NCBI GenBank assembly: GCA_964016885.1
Contig: OZ024747.1
Location: 2,976,001-3,040,000 of the forward strand
Source of the DNA: Eledone cirrhosa
Taxonomy: Eukaryota
Length of the DNA stretch: 64,000 bases
Direction: 5' to 3'
In this document: one piece after another, positions 39,848 to 52,824 of the stretch
Layout: the number at the start of each line of letters is the position of its first letter
Numbering within the stretch: the stretch's first letter is position 1
Position numbers and translations under genes: made by a program
The notes under the pieces: model-generated
The model's database searches: none
Told to the model about the DNA's origin: nothing
What the model saw: only the letters and a program-made list of their open reading frames with translations

Positions 39848-42800
39848 ATGTATATATATGTATGTAGAGCAAGAGAGAGACACTCCCACAGCCATATACA
39901 CCCACAGATCTGCGCATAGTTTGTCATTATAGTTTACCCCTGTACACGTTTATTTGGCCTACAGTTAGTTTATATGTCACAGAAGATTGTTCGGGTGTTT
40001 TGATAATAGTGGACCCAATCATAACATGTAACCACTTTTGCTGTGATAAGGGAAAGGATTTTAATTCAGAATACTGTGTGAGAACAGATGGGGCAAAACA
40101 TCCCACTTGTTGGTTCAACCATTTGGTGTGGCAACTTATTTATCGACCCGGGTGAATTGTGTACATAATGTACCAATCAGGTTGATTCTCTTTTCTAAAA
40201 GTCTGTGATATGATTAAAACGTGGCAGGGCAACATCTAAACTATAATTTTAATAATTTGGACTGCTATGGTGCAAGGGAGATAACCTAATATAGACATAA
40301 GGTCATCAAGAATGATTTGCTAGCATTGAATGTTAAAAAATATAATATATCTAGAACAAATATCATATATACACAGACGATCTCTTGGACTTTTACGAAG
40401 CGCTGAGAGGATAAAATTGATATAAAGAGTGGTGTGCTGACGTGCGGAGATGGCAACTTCTTTTTCTGTCTTTAAGGGTCTTCACCCTATTTTATAATCT
40501 ATTTTATAGCATCTCTTTACACCAACACACTGCTCTTTATAGAGATTTCTGACTTAGGCAGAACTATTTTGGTGGAGGGTCATTCAGAAACAACTTTTCA
40601 CGCTCAGAGTTGCTGAAGCATGGAACTACCAGCATCATTTATTAGCTGTCAGGACACTGATTACGAACACACTGTCATACACACACACACACACACACAT
40701 GCATGCACACACGCACACATACACATATACAAATACTGACACATTTGCAAACACACATATCCATGCACATATGCATGGTCTACCCTGTATATCTATATGA
40801 ATTAAGACCCTCTTCTTGCTATTTCAGACATTAACCTAATATATCCCTTCCACATACTGTACCAATTGTGTTGTTATTTCTGTTTACCTTTTACATACAT
40901 ATATATATATATATATAGGAAAAAGTATGACCCCGACGGCAGAGCTCAAGCCGTTTCGACGGCTATTTCTGGACTAAAGCTGTCGAACTATAGTCGTCGA
41001 AATGGCTTGAGGGGTCATACTTTTTCCTATTTCCCACTCTACTACCCTAAGTATTGAGTACTCTGGTGCGTTATGATCCATCTGGTTCCTTACCACACTT
41101 CCTTTGTTATATATATATATATATATATACACACACTTGTATGTATCATACTTCTCATCCTGCTTACCTACCTTGTATACGGTAGAAAGTGTTTCAGCAA
41201 TAATAGTCTTGAATTGACTTGACACTGTCTATGGTTGATTTTTCAAATCATTTTGAAAATAATGAAGGCTCTGGAAAGTTTTAGTAAAATCCCTACCTTT
41301 CTCTTTTGTTACCTGTTATTTAGAGAATAACTTTACAAAGCTTTTTACTTAAAATTATGATAAAAGACTTTTAGATAGATATAACCACTTTAAATAAGTA
41401 AATTTGTATCTCATAACTAGGGGCCATTTCATGCAATTTGGTATAAAATGAGGTATTAGGAATTTCATTATTGGTTTAGATTCAGTGACAAAAGGATTTT
41501 AGTCCCATACTACTGTCTAAATCTTATGAAAATTAGAAATTCCATATATTTGCTTAATTATCTTGACTAATACTTCGTGTTTACTTTTATATATATACTT
41601 TGCGAAAACTAAAGAACTTTGATAGTATCACATTATTATTTTTTTTTGTTAAAAATAATGATCTTTTGTAGTGTATAGTTTCATGATTTAAGATCTCACT
41701 GTTCTCTAAAGTTATTATTCTTGAAATTTTCTACATGAAATAATTTTATGTTTCTATTAATTTACTTGGCACCATAAAATTATCTTAAAACATAAAGAAA
41801 CAATAAGATAGATGTAAGAAAATATAATTTTTATTTGATAAGATACATATTTCTCTTTTCTTTTTAGTTGTTTATAATTGTAAGAAATATTCAATTGTTC
41901 TCTGCAATATCATTTAATCATACACATCTCATCTTTTTGTCTATCAAATTACAAGATGGATAAGAAAAACTACAATTGAAAAAAGGTTTTGTTTTTAAAA
42001 AGAAAGGACCCATTCACTAGATCAAAACCATTCATTTAACAAATTAAAATGACTTTCCTTTTATTCAGACATTTTTAATGAGATAAATTATATATGAGAA
42101 TAATTGTAACTATAGAATATAAATATTTTTCTATTTTCTTTTAATATGCCTATAGATATTTCTAGTTAGTTTTACTGAATCTTAATTATTTGGTTTGTTA
42201 AAGTACAAATTAGTGTCATTAATTTAAAGCATGTTTTGAGAAGTTCACTTTAATCTTGCTCTGTCCACCCCTTTAAATTATTTTTAGAACTGAAATGATG
42301 GCCATTTTTCTTTTGAAACAAAATGAATTATTACAATGGAGGAGGGGAGATTATGATGGATAACAATAATGAAAAATGTAGTTTTTTAAAGTGGTATTAT
42401 ATTAAAGATAATAAACAAAACAAAATAGTCATTTTATTATTTTGATATTTTAAAATAGTCTTTTAGAGAAAATCATCCGCTAACCTAAAGGCCTAAAGAA
42501 ACATCTTATGACCACATATTTTATCTTTGACAATCAATATTTATATCAACATTGTAACTATTTTCTCAAAAATTCTCTTATCACAACCATTTTTCCTCTC
42601 TTGTTTTTTGTATTTTATTTCTCAAAAGACAAACCTCACAGTCAATAAATGTCATGAGATTTTTCATTAGAATACATTTTTGTTTTAATCTTTTACTTTA
42701 TTTTACGTTTTTTTAATTTTATTTATTTATCATCATCATTATCATTCTGCTTTTTTTTTTTCAATGAAATCTGAAAATCTGAACTTGAGATTAATTGAGT

Positions 42801-43296
42801 CAGTTTTATGTTGATTTTATATAAAAAATATAAAATTAGATTTACTATGTAAATGGGATTATTTCTAAATAGCAATTTTTCAAAAGTAATTGTCAAGACT
42901 ATTAATATTTACTGTCAACAAAATGGAATGAAGTAAATGATTCATTATTAAAAGAATATTTCATTGTGCCACTTTCACAAATACATTTATATTGAATATT
43001 ATTTTGGATGTACTATAATCTATTGAATATTTTATCCACTTTCACACATCTATGAGAGAACTCCTCTGGTAATTCCTGAACACCTTCAAGTCAGCCATCA
43101 AATATCTGAGTCAGTGATTGACTTTAAGAATCTAGTAATAATTAATATTTATAAATAATCTTTTTTTTTTTATTCTAAGCTAAAACCTCTCAATAGTGTG
43201 ACAAACACTGGATTCTGATTAAACAAAATATCAATTTTATGCTTCCTCCTCCTGAGCACCATATATTGTGATCTGATGCTACATACATGCATTATA

Positions 43297-43570
43297 CCAC
43301 CACCACCACCACCACCATCACCACCATCACCACCACCACCACCACCACCATCACCACCACCTCCACCATCACCACCACCATCACCACCACCATCACCACC
43401 ACCACCACCACCACCACCACAACCATCACCACCACCACCACCATCATTATAATCATCATCCTCATTTAACATCTGATTTTTCCCTTCTTTTTCTTTCTCT
43501 ACTTCTCTTTTTTCTTTTCTTCTTTTTCTTCTTTTTTTCTTTTTTCTTCTTTTTCCTCTTCTTCTTCCAC
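43297..43570. repeat. (CAC/CAT)n trinucleotide repeat plus CT/T-rich tract
   Basis: Read directly; explains the poly-Gly, poly-Thr and poly-Lys ORFs. Confidence 0.9.
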
Positions 43571-44180
43571 TTATTCCTGACAGGGTCACGGAGGCAGAGT
43601 CCTGTAACACTCCTTCCAGCAGGTTCTGTTAGAAGCAACCATCTCCAGCTAATTTGGCTGGGTCTCCTGCTGGTTAGTTTTGCCCGTAATATCTGTCCAG
43701 CAATTCTTTCCCCGAGACATTCTAACCACATGCCCAAGAAGTGGTGGCTTTACCCAGAGTAACTCTCTAATCTCCCAGCTACGCACTTGATCGAGTAACA
43801 TTACTCCAAAGACCCATCAGACGAATGGCTTAGTGGTTAGAGCATTGGGCTTGCAATCGAAAGGTTATGAGTTCAATTCTCAGACCGGGTGATGTGTTGT
43901 TTCCTTGAGCAAGACACTTTATTTCACATTGCTCCAGTTTACTCAGCTGTTGAAATGAGATGATAGGACTGGGGTCCCTATCATTAAATCACCCAAGACA
44001 CCTCCAACAAGTTATACCTTGGAGGAGGCCAGCTAAACCTGCATAGGTGTGAGCTGTAACAACAACAAAAACAACAAAGACTCGTCAGAGGAACCTCATT
44101 TCGGCCGATTGTATTCATGATCGTATTCTTTCTGTCATTACCCAAGATTCATGACCATAGTTAAGGGTTGGCACGAATTC
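43565..44180 (-). mobile_element. Decayed RTE LINE 3' fragment, interrupted by a SINE
   Basis: Minus strand gives FVPTLNYGHESWVMTERIRS*IQSAEMRFL and LGHVVRM, with a (GAA)n-like tail. A related tail lies at 31395-31470. Confidence 0.75.
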
Positions 44181-46312
44181 CTCTTTTCACCATTCTTTAT
44201 TTACTTTATTTCTAACCTTAATTTTTGTACTCCTTATTTCCCCAATTGAGGTAATATTTATTTCTGTAAATAAATGTCTTAGTGCTATTAAAACAATGTC
44301 ACACATCATAGTGTGAAATTTTAGACCTGTGTAGCTACGAAAGGGACAGAATAATCACAGCTAGAACTTGAGCAGCAAATTATGAAGTACAACAGTGGTT
44401 TATTCTTGAGCATTCAACAAGGCTATTGCTTAACCTGCTACAAAAAGTAGCAATATCTCTCTCAAATCCTGCCCTGATATATTAAAGAGCAAGGAGAAAT
44501 TGTACAATGTAATCCCAGATATTCAAAAAGGACAGGTTGTTCACAGCTGGAATGCTCTTGAATCATAGAGCTGCTTGATCCAATCTGATTTGGAACTAAA
44601 CAACATCATTAATCAACTAATATCTTATATAAAGAGAGATATCATATACAAATTAAATTATCTGTACTTTTAATTTAAAATCTTAAGACATTTATCCCTC
44701 ATCTTGCAATGATTTGGTATAAATAACCTTCTTCACTCTATCAGACAAGTATTCAATAGTATTTTCTGCATCTCCATAATCTAAAATGTTAGCACACTCT
44801 CAATCTACATCACACTACTAAAGATACTCTACAGTCATTGGTTGCATTCTGTATCTTTTATTGAACACTAACCTACATCTTTTTCTATATATTAAACATA
44901 GTCGCCGTCTTGTTTCGGGCTATAAAAGTATTCTTCAATCATAGATTTGTTCAAGAAGGGTTACTGAATAAAGTACTTTTTATCATGCTTAGAAAATAGA
45001 ATAATATACATCTCATCTGATCATGCTTAGAAAAAAAAAGATAGCTAGAAGTCTAGAAAGCATATATAATTGGCAAGAATGGTTGTAGTTCCAGCATGAA
45101 TATTCTAAATATGGTGTAAGCAGGATGGAATGTGAGAAGATTGCATGTCAGATAGTGAAGACAAATCAGGATATCAATAAAAAAAAATCTACTCTTAATA
45201 AGGTTGGTGCTTGCATTGTGACAATAAAAACAGAAATCATTAGAAGTGTTCCTGAGAGGATGCACAGCCTGAATTATCAGTGGAAAGAAACTAATCTATA
45301 TTGATCTGATTAAAGGGATGGCCATACAGATCACAACAATATATACATGCATGACTATCAATAGAGTGTAAGCTGAGAAACATGTCATGCTTTCTGAGAT
45401 TCCCAGGAAAAAAAACAAAACAAGAATACAAAAACATAACAAAAACAAAAACGGAAAACATTAATCTCAGATAACACAATGCCTTTACTTGAAACAAGAG
45501 TCCACTAATAAAATATCCCTTCATTATTCTATGCCTGATATGTAGGTTTTGTGATTTTGTTTTTGTTTTTTTTTTTCATTTTCCTTTTTACTTTATTATA
45601 TGAGAAACATTCACCATCTATCTGGTCAACTCTGCAGACCTTTTGAAAATTTAAACAAAGCTTTTTATGATTATTGTTAGTTTATATATTATATTGCTAA
45701 ACTGGAGTCCAATGTTAATAACATGTTTGATTAATTCAGTCTTTTTTTAAGTAATTATCCCCCAAATCGCTGTACTTAGCTTTCTGAATAATGAAGCTTA
45801 AAGCATTCATAACAGAATTGAGAAGAAATGGACAAAAACTGAATGACAAGCATGTTTCTTATTCAAGAGATGAGGTATAGAGAAGATTAAATGTTTGATT
45901 ACATATGTTGAATCTCATTGATTCCAATCACGATTATTCCACTTATTTGTAAATGGAACAATATGCTCATAAAATGAATGTGTGAGTGGCTGAGCATTCC
46001 ACAGTCAGATGCAGCTTTAACATAATTGTCAGGGAGATTCAGTATGACACAGTGAGCAGCAAGACTGACCCTAAGAATTACATGTACTACTCATTTTTGC
46101 CACCTGAATGGACTGGAATAAAGTGAAAAAAATGATCTTGCTCAAGGACACAACGTGCTGCCAAGAACTGAGCAGAGAATATTACAAAATGTGATTATAA
46201 AAGTGTTCTTGTTTATTACATATAAAGGAACATTTTTAGTATAAAACAATGGTTCATATATTTGCATTATTTCTAAAAAATAAAGAAATCATTATTATTA
46301 TTAAATAAAGAG

Positions 46313-46507
46313 GGTGGTGGATTGGCAGTATCGGTAGAGGGTTGGACGCCATGCTTTGACGCATTGAGTTACGGCCCTTGCCTTTTTGAGTTCAAATCCT
46401 GCCGAGGTTAACTTTGCCTTTCATCCTTATGGGGTCGATAAAATAAAGTACCAGTAATGCACTGGGTAATTGCTGGCCTTGTGCCAAAAGTAGAAACAAT
46501 TATTATT
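46313..46507 (+). mobile_element. tRNA-derived SINE family B with (ATT)n tail
   Basis: tggcagtatcggtagag (A box), gagttcaaatcc (B box), ctttgcctttcatccttatggggtcgataaaataaagtaccag core. Further copies at ~11130, 12540, 12760, 15580(-), 18835(-), 19620(-), 20865, 31055, 36500(-) and 49070(-). Confidence 0.85.
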
Positions 46508-46550
46508 AAATAAAGAAATCATTATTTCTAGATATATTGTATGCTGTGAA

Positions 46551-46700
46551 GGCACATGGCTTAGTGGTTAGAGCATTGGGCTTGTAATCGAAAGGTTGTG
46601 AGTTCAATTTTTGGACCGGGTGATGTGTTGTTTCCTTGAGCAAGACACTTTATTTCACGTTGCTCCAGTTTACTCAGCTGTAGAAATGAGTACCGACTTG
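46551..46700 (+). mobile_element. SINE family A head (tRNA-like plus central domain)
   Basis: ggcacatggcttagtggttagagc...gagttcaatt...ccttgagcaagacacttt...tactcagctgtagaaatgagtacc. Confidence 0.8.
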
Positions 46701-48327
46701 CCCGCCCAGCCAGTGGGATGGCGTTATCTTATGGCTAAAACAGCACGATGTGCTGTGACCAGTGGCGCCAATTGGCGCCTGACAGACTGGTCGGTCAAGG
46801 TGATATTGTATGCTATTTTTTGGCAGTAGTGGCAGTAACTCAGCAGAAAAACAGTAAAACTCTGAAACGTCAGATTATATTTAAGGAAGAATTTCAAAAA
46901 TATGTTAAACTCCCATCATAACAAAAGATGATATATGCGGGTTTGTCATAGAAAAAAAAAAGACAGATACACTTCACCAAAGGAAAGAAATGTGAGAAAA
47001 TAATGAAAAATTGCAAGCAAATCATTATGAAATCCATGTTAACTCTTTCAATATTATACTTCTAATGAAATACATTCTATTTCATTATAAGAATATATTG
47101 GTAGCATAACCTAACATAAGATTCTTATATCAAATTATGTTGGAAGTTTTTATTTTAAATAGGATCCATTTAAAATGGGTAGTTTTGTTTCATAAAGATG
47201 CAGATCATTTGGATGAGTTAGTATCAAATGTGTTAGTACTAAAATATAGACTTGCTTTAATATAATGGAAACATAGTCAGAGAGTTGTGCATATTTGGCT
47301 AAGGAAAGCATGCAATAGTAACAGTATTAGTGCCAATGGAGAAGTATGAGTTTGTTGTTATCCACAGAAGCCAAGCACTGTTTAACTGTCATATTTGGGA
47401 TGGTTTTATTGAGGGTTAACAATTACATAGGAATATTATTTTCATTTTGTATATGAAGAAGGTTTAACTATTTGTTTGAAGTATATTTGCTTATAGTAAG
47501 TTGGTAATTTCTTACATAGACTTAAGACCAGAAATTTTGTTGGGAAGGGAACAGTTGTTTATATCACGACCTAGTACTTGATTGATACTTTATTGACCTT
47601 TATTGAGCTCATATCATAGACATCCAGCACATACACCATGTATTTCATTCAATACTGTATTGATTCTGCTTCATAAATACTACCTAGAAATATTGAAAGT
47701 TATCTTACATGAAATTTGAATCAGAAGAATACTTTTGCAGTTGAATCTTGATGTAGAATCGACAAGAGGATTATCACTTCAGATACAGCTATATGTGGTC
47801 TGTTGTTTATTTCGTTCTAATTGGTTCAAGTTTATTTGTAATGTTGAGCTGTAACATGACAGAGATATTTATTAAGCCCAGAAGAGCTTTTAAAAGTCAA
47901 TGCTTAGCTCAAGTTCCTCAGCATGAAGTGTACTAAAGATAAATATCCACCAAGGAGTGGATACCTAATTATTGTGGAAAACATTTTCAGATAATCTAGT
48001 ACCTAGGTGATTCCTCAGGGACTCTTGATGTTGGCAACAGTCAGAACAAGTGATTCAGAATCATTTCAAACACTATTTTTCCCAACAATATCTTTATTTT
48101 CTCTGATACATTTTCTTGCAATCTAGAATACTTCATGTCTCTGATCTTCACATCATAGAACATGTGCAAATTGATCCTTTATTGCTTCTCCTCTAAATAT
48201 ATCTGGCACATAACCTCTCTTCTTTGGTATTGCACTTTCAGCAGTTTTTCTAGGTCTGCCTTTCTGCTTTTATAATTCTACAATATCATTTCACTACCAT
48301 AGCACTTTCCATCTTGCTGGCCTCTGC

Positions 48328-48330
<3 letters not shown>

Positions 48331-48413
<83 letters not shown>
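48331..48413. repeat. (CT)n microsatellite
   Basis: About 41 TC units. Confidence 0.95.
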
Positions 48414-48417
<4 letters not shown>

Positions 48418-51400
48418 ATGAATACATTAATTAACAGAGAAACAGATTAAAATATGTATAGATCCTCCAGGTAATATATATATATATATGTATATATCAT
48501 CATCATCATCACCGTTTTACGTTCGTTCTTCCACGGTGCATGGGTTAGACGGGATATATATATATATATCAAAATCATGCATACAAACAATATATATACA
48601 TACATACTGTAGCTTAAACTGGACTCTTGAAACCCTGTTTTTAGCACATTGTAATATGATCCCATGCCCTCATCGTTTCTATCAGCTATATACCATGGTC
48701 AATTTCTAAAGTGTTTGAAATCTAGAAATAAGAACAAGCTCACAAATATATACCCATGTCTATGTGTTGCATCATGTCAATTGTAAAATACTATAATGAA
48801 CTGCATAATGCCAGCTAAGAATAAATCCAAGTATTAGCAATGTCATTGAAGTCATATCTTTAAAAATCAACATTTATATTATAGTATGACATTCCTAAAT
48901 GGGGAACATACAAATGAAGAACAGCTTTATTTCTTACACTAAACGTTTGTAGTATCAAGTAGACAACAAACTTAAAATTTTAATGCTAATCTTTGCTTAA
49001 AATCACTTTTATGAATACACATTTTGCTTTTATATTTAAGAATGTTTTTATCGTATTTCTGAAACTGGAAATAATTGTTTTTACTTTTGGCACGAGGCCA
49101 GCAATTACTCAGTGCATTACTGGTACTTTATTTTATCGACCCCATAAGGATGAAAGACAAATTTAACCTCGGTAGGATTTGAAACTGGAAATAATGAAAG
49201 TAAAACAGATATTTTATTGTAATCTGTTAACGATGGCTTTTCTTATGATTTCTTTATGTTTCTTATAAATCTCCTAATCAGAAGAAATAAAAATGCTTTA
49301 TATCTTCTTGAAAATGTTTTTTTTTACATAAACTAGTATTACAAACATTTTTCCTGTTTAGGTTTAATAAATGTAGGAATGAAAATTAATTATGAGAATG
49401 AATTGATGTGACATATTTCATTTCAAAACTTTAACAATAATTTCATTAGAATTAAAAAATGAAACAATTGCTCTAAACGATATAGTCATGTAGCAATAAA
49501 GTCATGTAGCAATATAGTCATGTAGCAATATTAAATAGTATTTTAAAGTTTCAAGGTTAACTTTGCCATTGCTGCAGTTACAAAATAAATAATTTAATAG
49601 ATTTTGTTTCTGCAAACACTTTATACTCAAATTAAATTATAAAATGAATCTATTATGTATGTTGTTACACTACTATTCAATCTGTTTTCCAATTGAATTC
49701 AGGTAGCAAATTAAAAGTATTAGAACAGCCACATTTGAATAAAAATGTGTTGTCAATAATAAATAATCTTTAAAATATAGTAATGATTAGTCATAAAATA
49801 AATATTTGCTTTTTTTCCATCTATTGTTTTGTAATTGCTATGAAATATCTGAAAAGAGTTTTTTTTTTCTTTATTTTTTGATGACAAGAAAAATAAGGTT
49901 AGCCATTAGAAGCCATTTAAAAGATTTGTTAGAAATAGAAAATTAATTGTATTCTCTAATTGCAATACTTTATGCCTTCAGGTAACTGTTTTGTAAGGAT
50001 GTATTAATAATTAAGTATGAGTGAAAGCAAAAATAATATTTTTTTAATTTGATTAGTGAGGTATAAAAACTATATTTTCATTATTAATGAGGACAATAGA
50101 AGATTGTTTAGAGTCTTCATTGTGTATATCTGAAAAAAAAACATTCATTACATCTTCCATTTTTACTGTAAAATTAACATAAAATTTAGCTCAAATTACT
50201 GAAAAATCCAAATTTCTTTTCTAATGGTAAAATTGAATGAAAAGATTCATGTTAATAATTGATAATATACTATATTTTAAAAACGAAGGCAAAAATATTC
50301 TCTGGAATTATTCACTTTCAGGGAAACAAAAGAATTGAGGATTGTATATTTTATTTCTTTATGCTTTAAATATACAAATTCCCTACCTCCCACCCCCCAC
50401 ATATATAAATTTGCTTGCTTTTTGTTTATTACAATAAATTTAATTACTAGCATTCTGATACAAAAGTTTAGATTTCCAACACTTACAAACATATATTTTA
50501 ATAGTGTTATATAGCAATTCATTACTTCTATTATTGTCTTCTATATTAATTTGAAGAAAATAAAATAAAAATCATTTAGCTAAATTGTTAATATTTGTAC
50601 ATCTGTAACTATACATTAAGATGCTACAGAATGAATTTCAAACCATCTGTTCCATTCTCTACATGATGCACTTTCAGCAATTCTAATTCTCAAACTGTTC
50701 CTGTCTTTCCTCCTTAATTCTACTCAATCATCTATTTTTATTAATTTTCTTCCTCTTCATTATATTACCTTCCTGTGTCTTTATCTAAACTATACTTTTA
50801 TTAGTGTTCTCTATTATTCCTTTGAAAAAACAACAGCTAAAAATCAACTATAAAAATACGCTTCACAAATTCTGTAAAAGACAATCAATCTTAGTGAGAG
50901 ACTAATCTGAAATATAACTTTCCTACCAATGATGGAAGCAACCAAAAGTTAGAAAATACATCATCTCTAGAGCTGGAAGTATGATAAATATGCCTGACCT
51001 ACACTATTCCCTTATGGTAGCATGATCAATTTTACTTAATTCATCATGTCACCTAACTGATGCTGAAAATAGCACCCAGATATTAAAATGCCATGTTAAA
51101 CAAAATATTTATGCACCTTGTGACAGCATGGAGAAAGGGAATGAAGATGATCATAATGATGAAGATTAATATCAATAAGGGAGAAGTAGCTATTGGATTT
51201 TAAAAACATTCAACTATATCCCTAAACGAGCAGTTTGAAATACTTATAGAATAGACATTAATCGAGGAAGTGTGAGCCAAAGAAGTACTATAATATCGGA
51301 ACCATTTTTCTTCTTCTCCATTCCATATCAATCAAGGAAACATAATTAGCTGTTAGGTTCTCAATACACCTATCCAATTGTCTGGAGAAGAAAGACAGAA

Positions 51401-52268
51401 GCCAGAAGTTTATCCTAAATGCTTGCAGTAAATATAGAGTATTGCTGTGGGAGGTTAGCATTGTGAATGTTATATTAGAAGTATGGGAAACAATGGTAGA
51501 AAATACAGTGTAAGTTCTTAGCTGAGGAACTTTTAGACAAGATGGATATATCAAAATGTATAATATATGGACTAGAAATTGTTAAATAATATGAGAAAAG
51601 TCATGAAGGAAAATCAGCATGGGATGACAATGTAGTACAATATATATATTACTTTAACACTTGATAAAGTAGGAAAAGACTTTAATATTTCAGACGTTAG
51701 TCCTTCATTGGAAGATTCAATGAGAGATAGAAAAAGAAATAAAATGATAGACAAGAGAAAGAAAAGAAGAAACAGAAATTTATTTCACTTGCAGAAAGCA
51801 TATATATACTTTGTCAGCCATTTTGGAGAATTCTTCAATCTCAAATAATACTTAATGTATTTTCCAATAAAGGTACTGTGGAGGTGTGTGGCCTAGTGGT
51901 AAGAGTGTTGGACTTACAATCGTAAAGTCAAGATTTCGATTCTTGGATATGGTTGTGTGTTGTGTTCTTGAGCAAGACACTTTATTTCACATTGCTCTAG
52001 TATACTCAGCTGAAAATGAGTACCAACAATATCTGGGAGTTTACCCCTGTGATTCAGAAGTCAAGTTTTTTATGAATTAAGTTACATTTCAGTAAATGGT
52101 ATTGTGAGACAATTAATACAAACAGAAATTTTCATTATTATTTTGAAGAATTTCAGAAGTTATTTCCTCTACATTCAACAGACATTTAAATTATACTTCA
52201 TTCATAAAATTGTGGGAAATGTTGCCAAAAAAAAAAAAAAAAAATTTTAATTCATAACACATTACTGA

Positions 52269-52307
<39 letters not shown>

Positions 52308-52787
52308 TATAATTTGGCTTATTTGTCTTTGTTGTTATTAAATATGAAGAAAATAATTAGCAAAATGACTAAATTGGGATTCTAATTTAGCTTAGAGATT
52401 TGTACAAAAGAGTAATTACACAAAATATCAAACAACAAAGTTGGGGGGAATTTTTGTAAAAGGACACAGACCAGAAGAACTATTCTGAATCGTGGTTAAT
52501 GAAATTTTCTGTCAATTATGATATGTAAATGTTAAAGAAAGGCAGACATGTTTAAAGCCACAGAACTCCAGACTAATATTCCATTGAGTATTTAATTCAA
52601 TGCCTCATCTGTCTCAGTTTAACTGCATTCTATAATTGCAATATTTTATGCCTTTGGGAAACTGATTTTAAGGATCTAGAAATGATTAAGTTTCAGTGAA
52701 AGCAAAAGTAGCAACTTTTATTTGATTTTTTTCCCTTTAAAGTTTGATTAAATAAGAATCTGTAAAATGGTGGTCATAGATTTACTC

Positions 52788-52824
<37 letters not shown>

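Noticed and set aside
43170-43737. Gly-rich and Lys/Arg-rich ORFs
   Set aside because: They are products of (CAC)n and CT/T tracts plus a LINE tail.
46551-46625. tRNA gene
   Set aside because: A/B boxes are present but there is no proper acceptor stem, and the sequence continues into a SINE body present in many copies.
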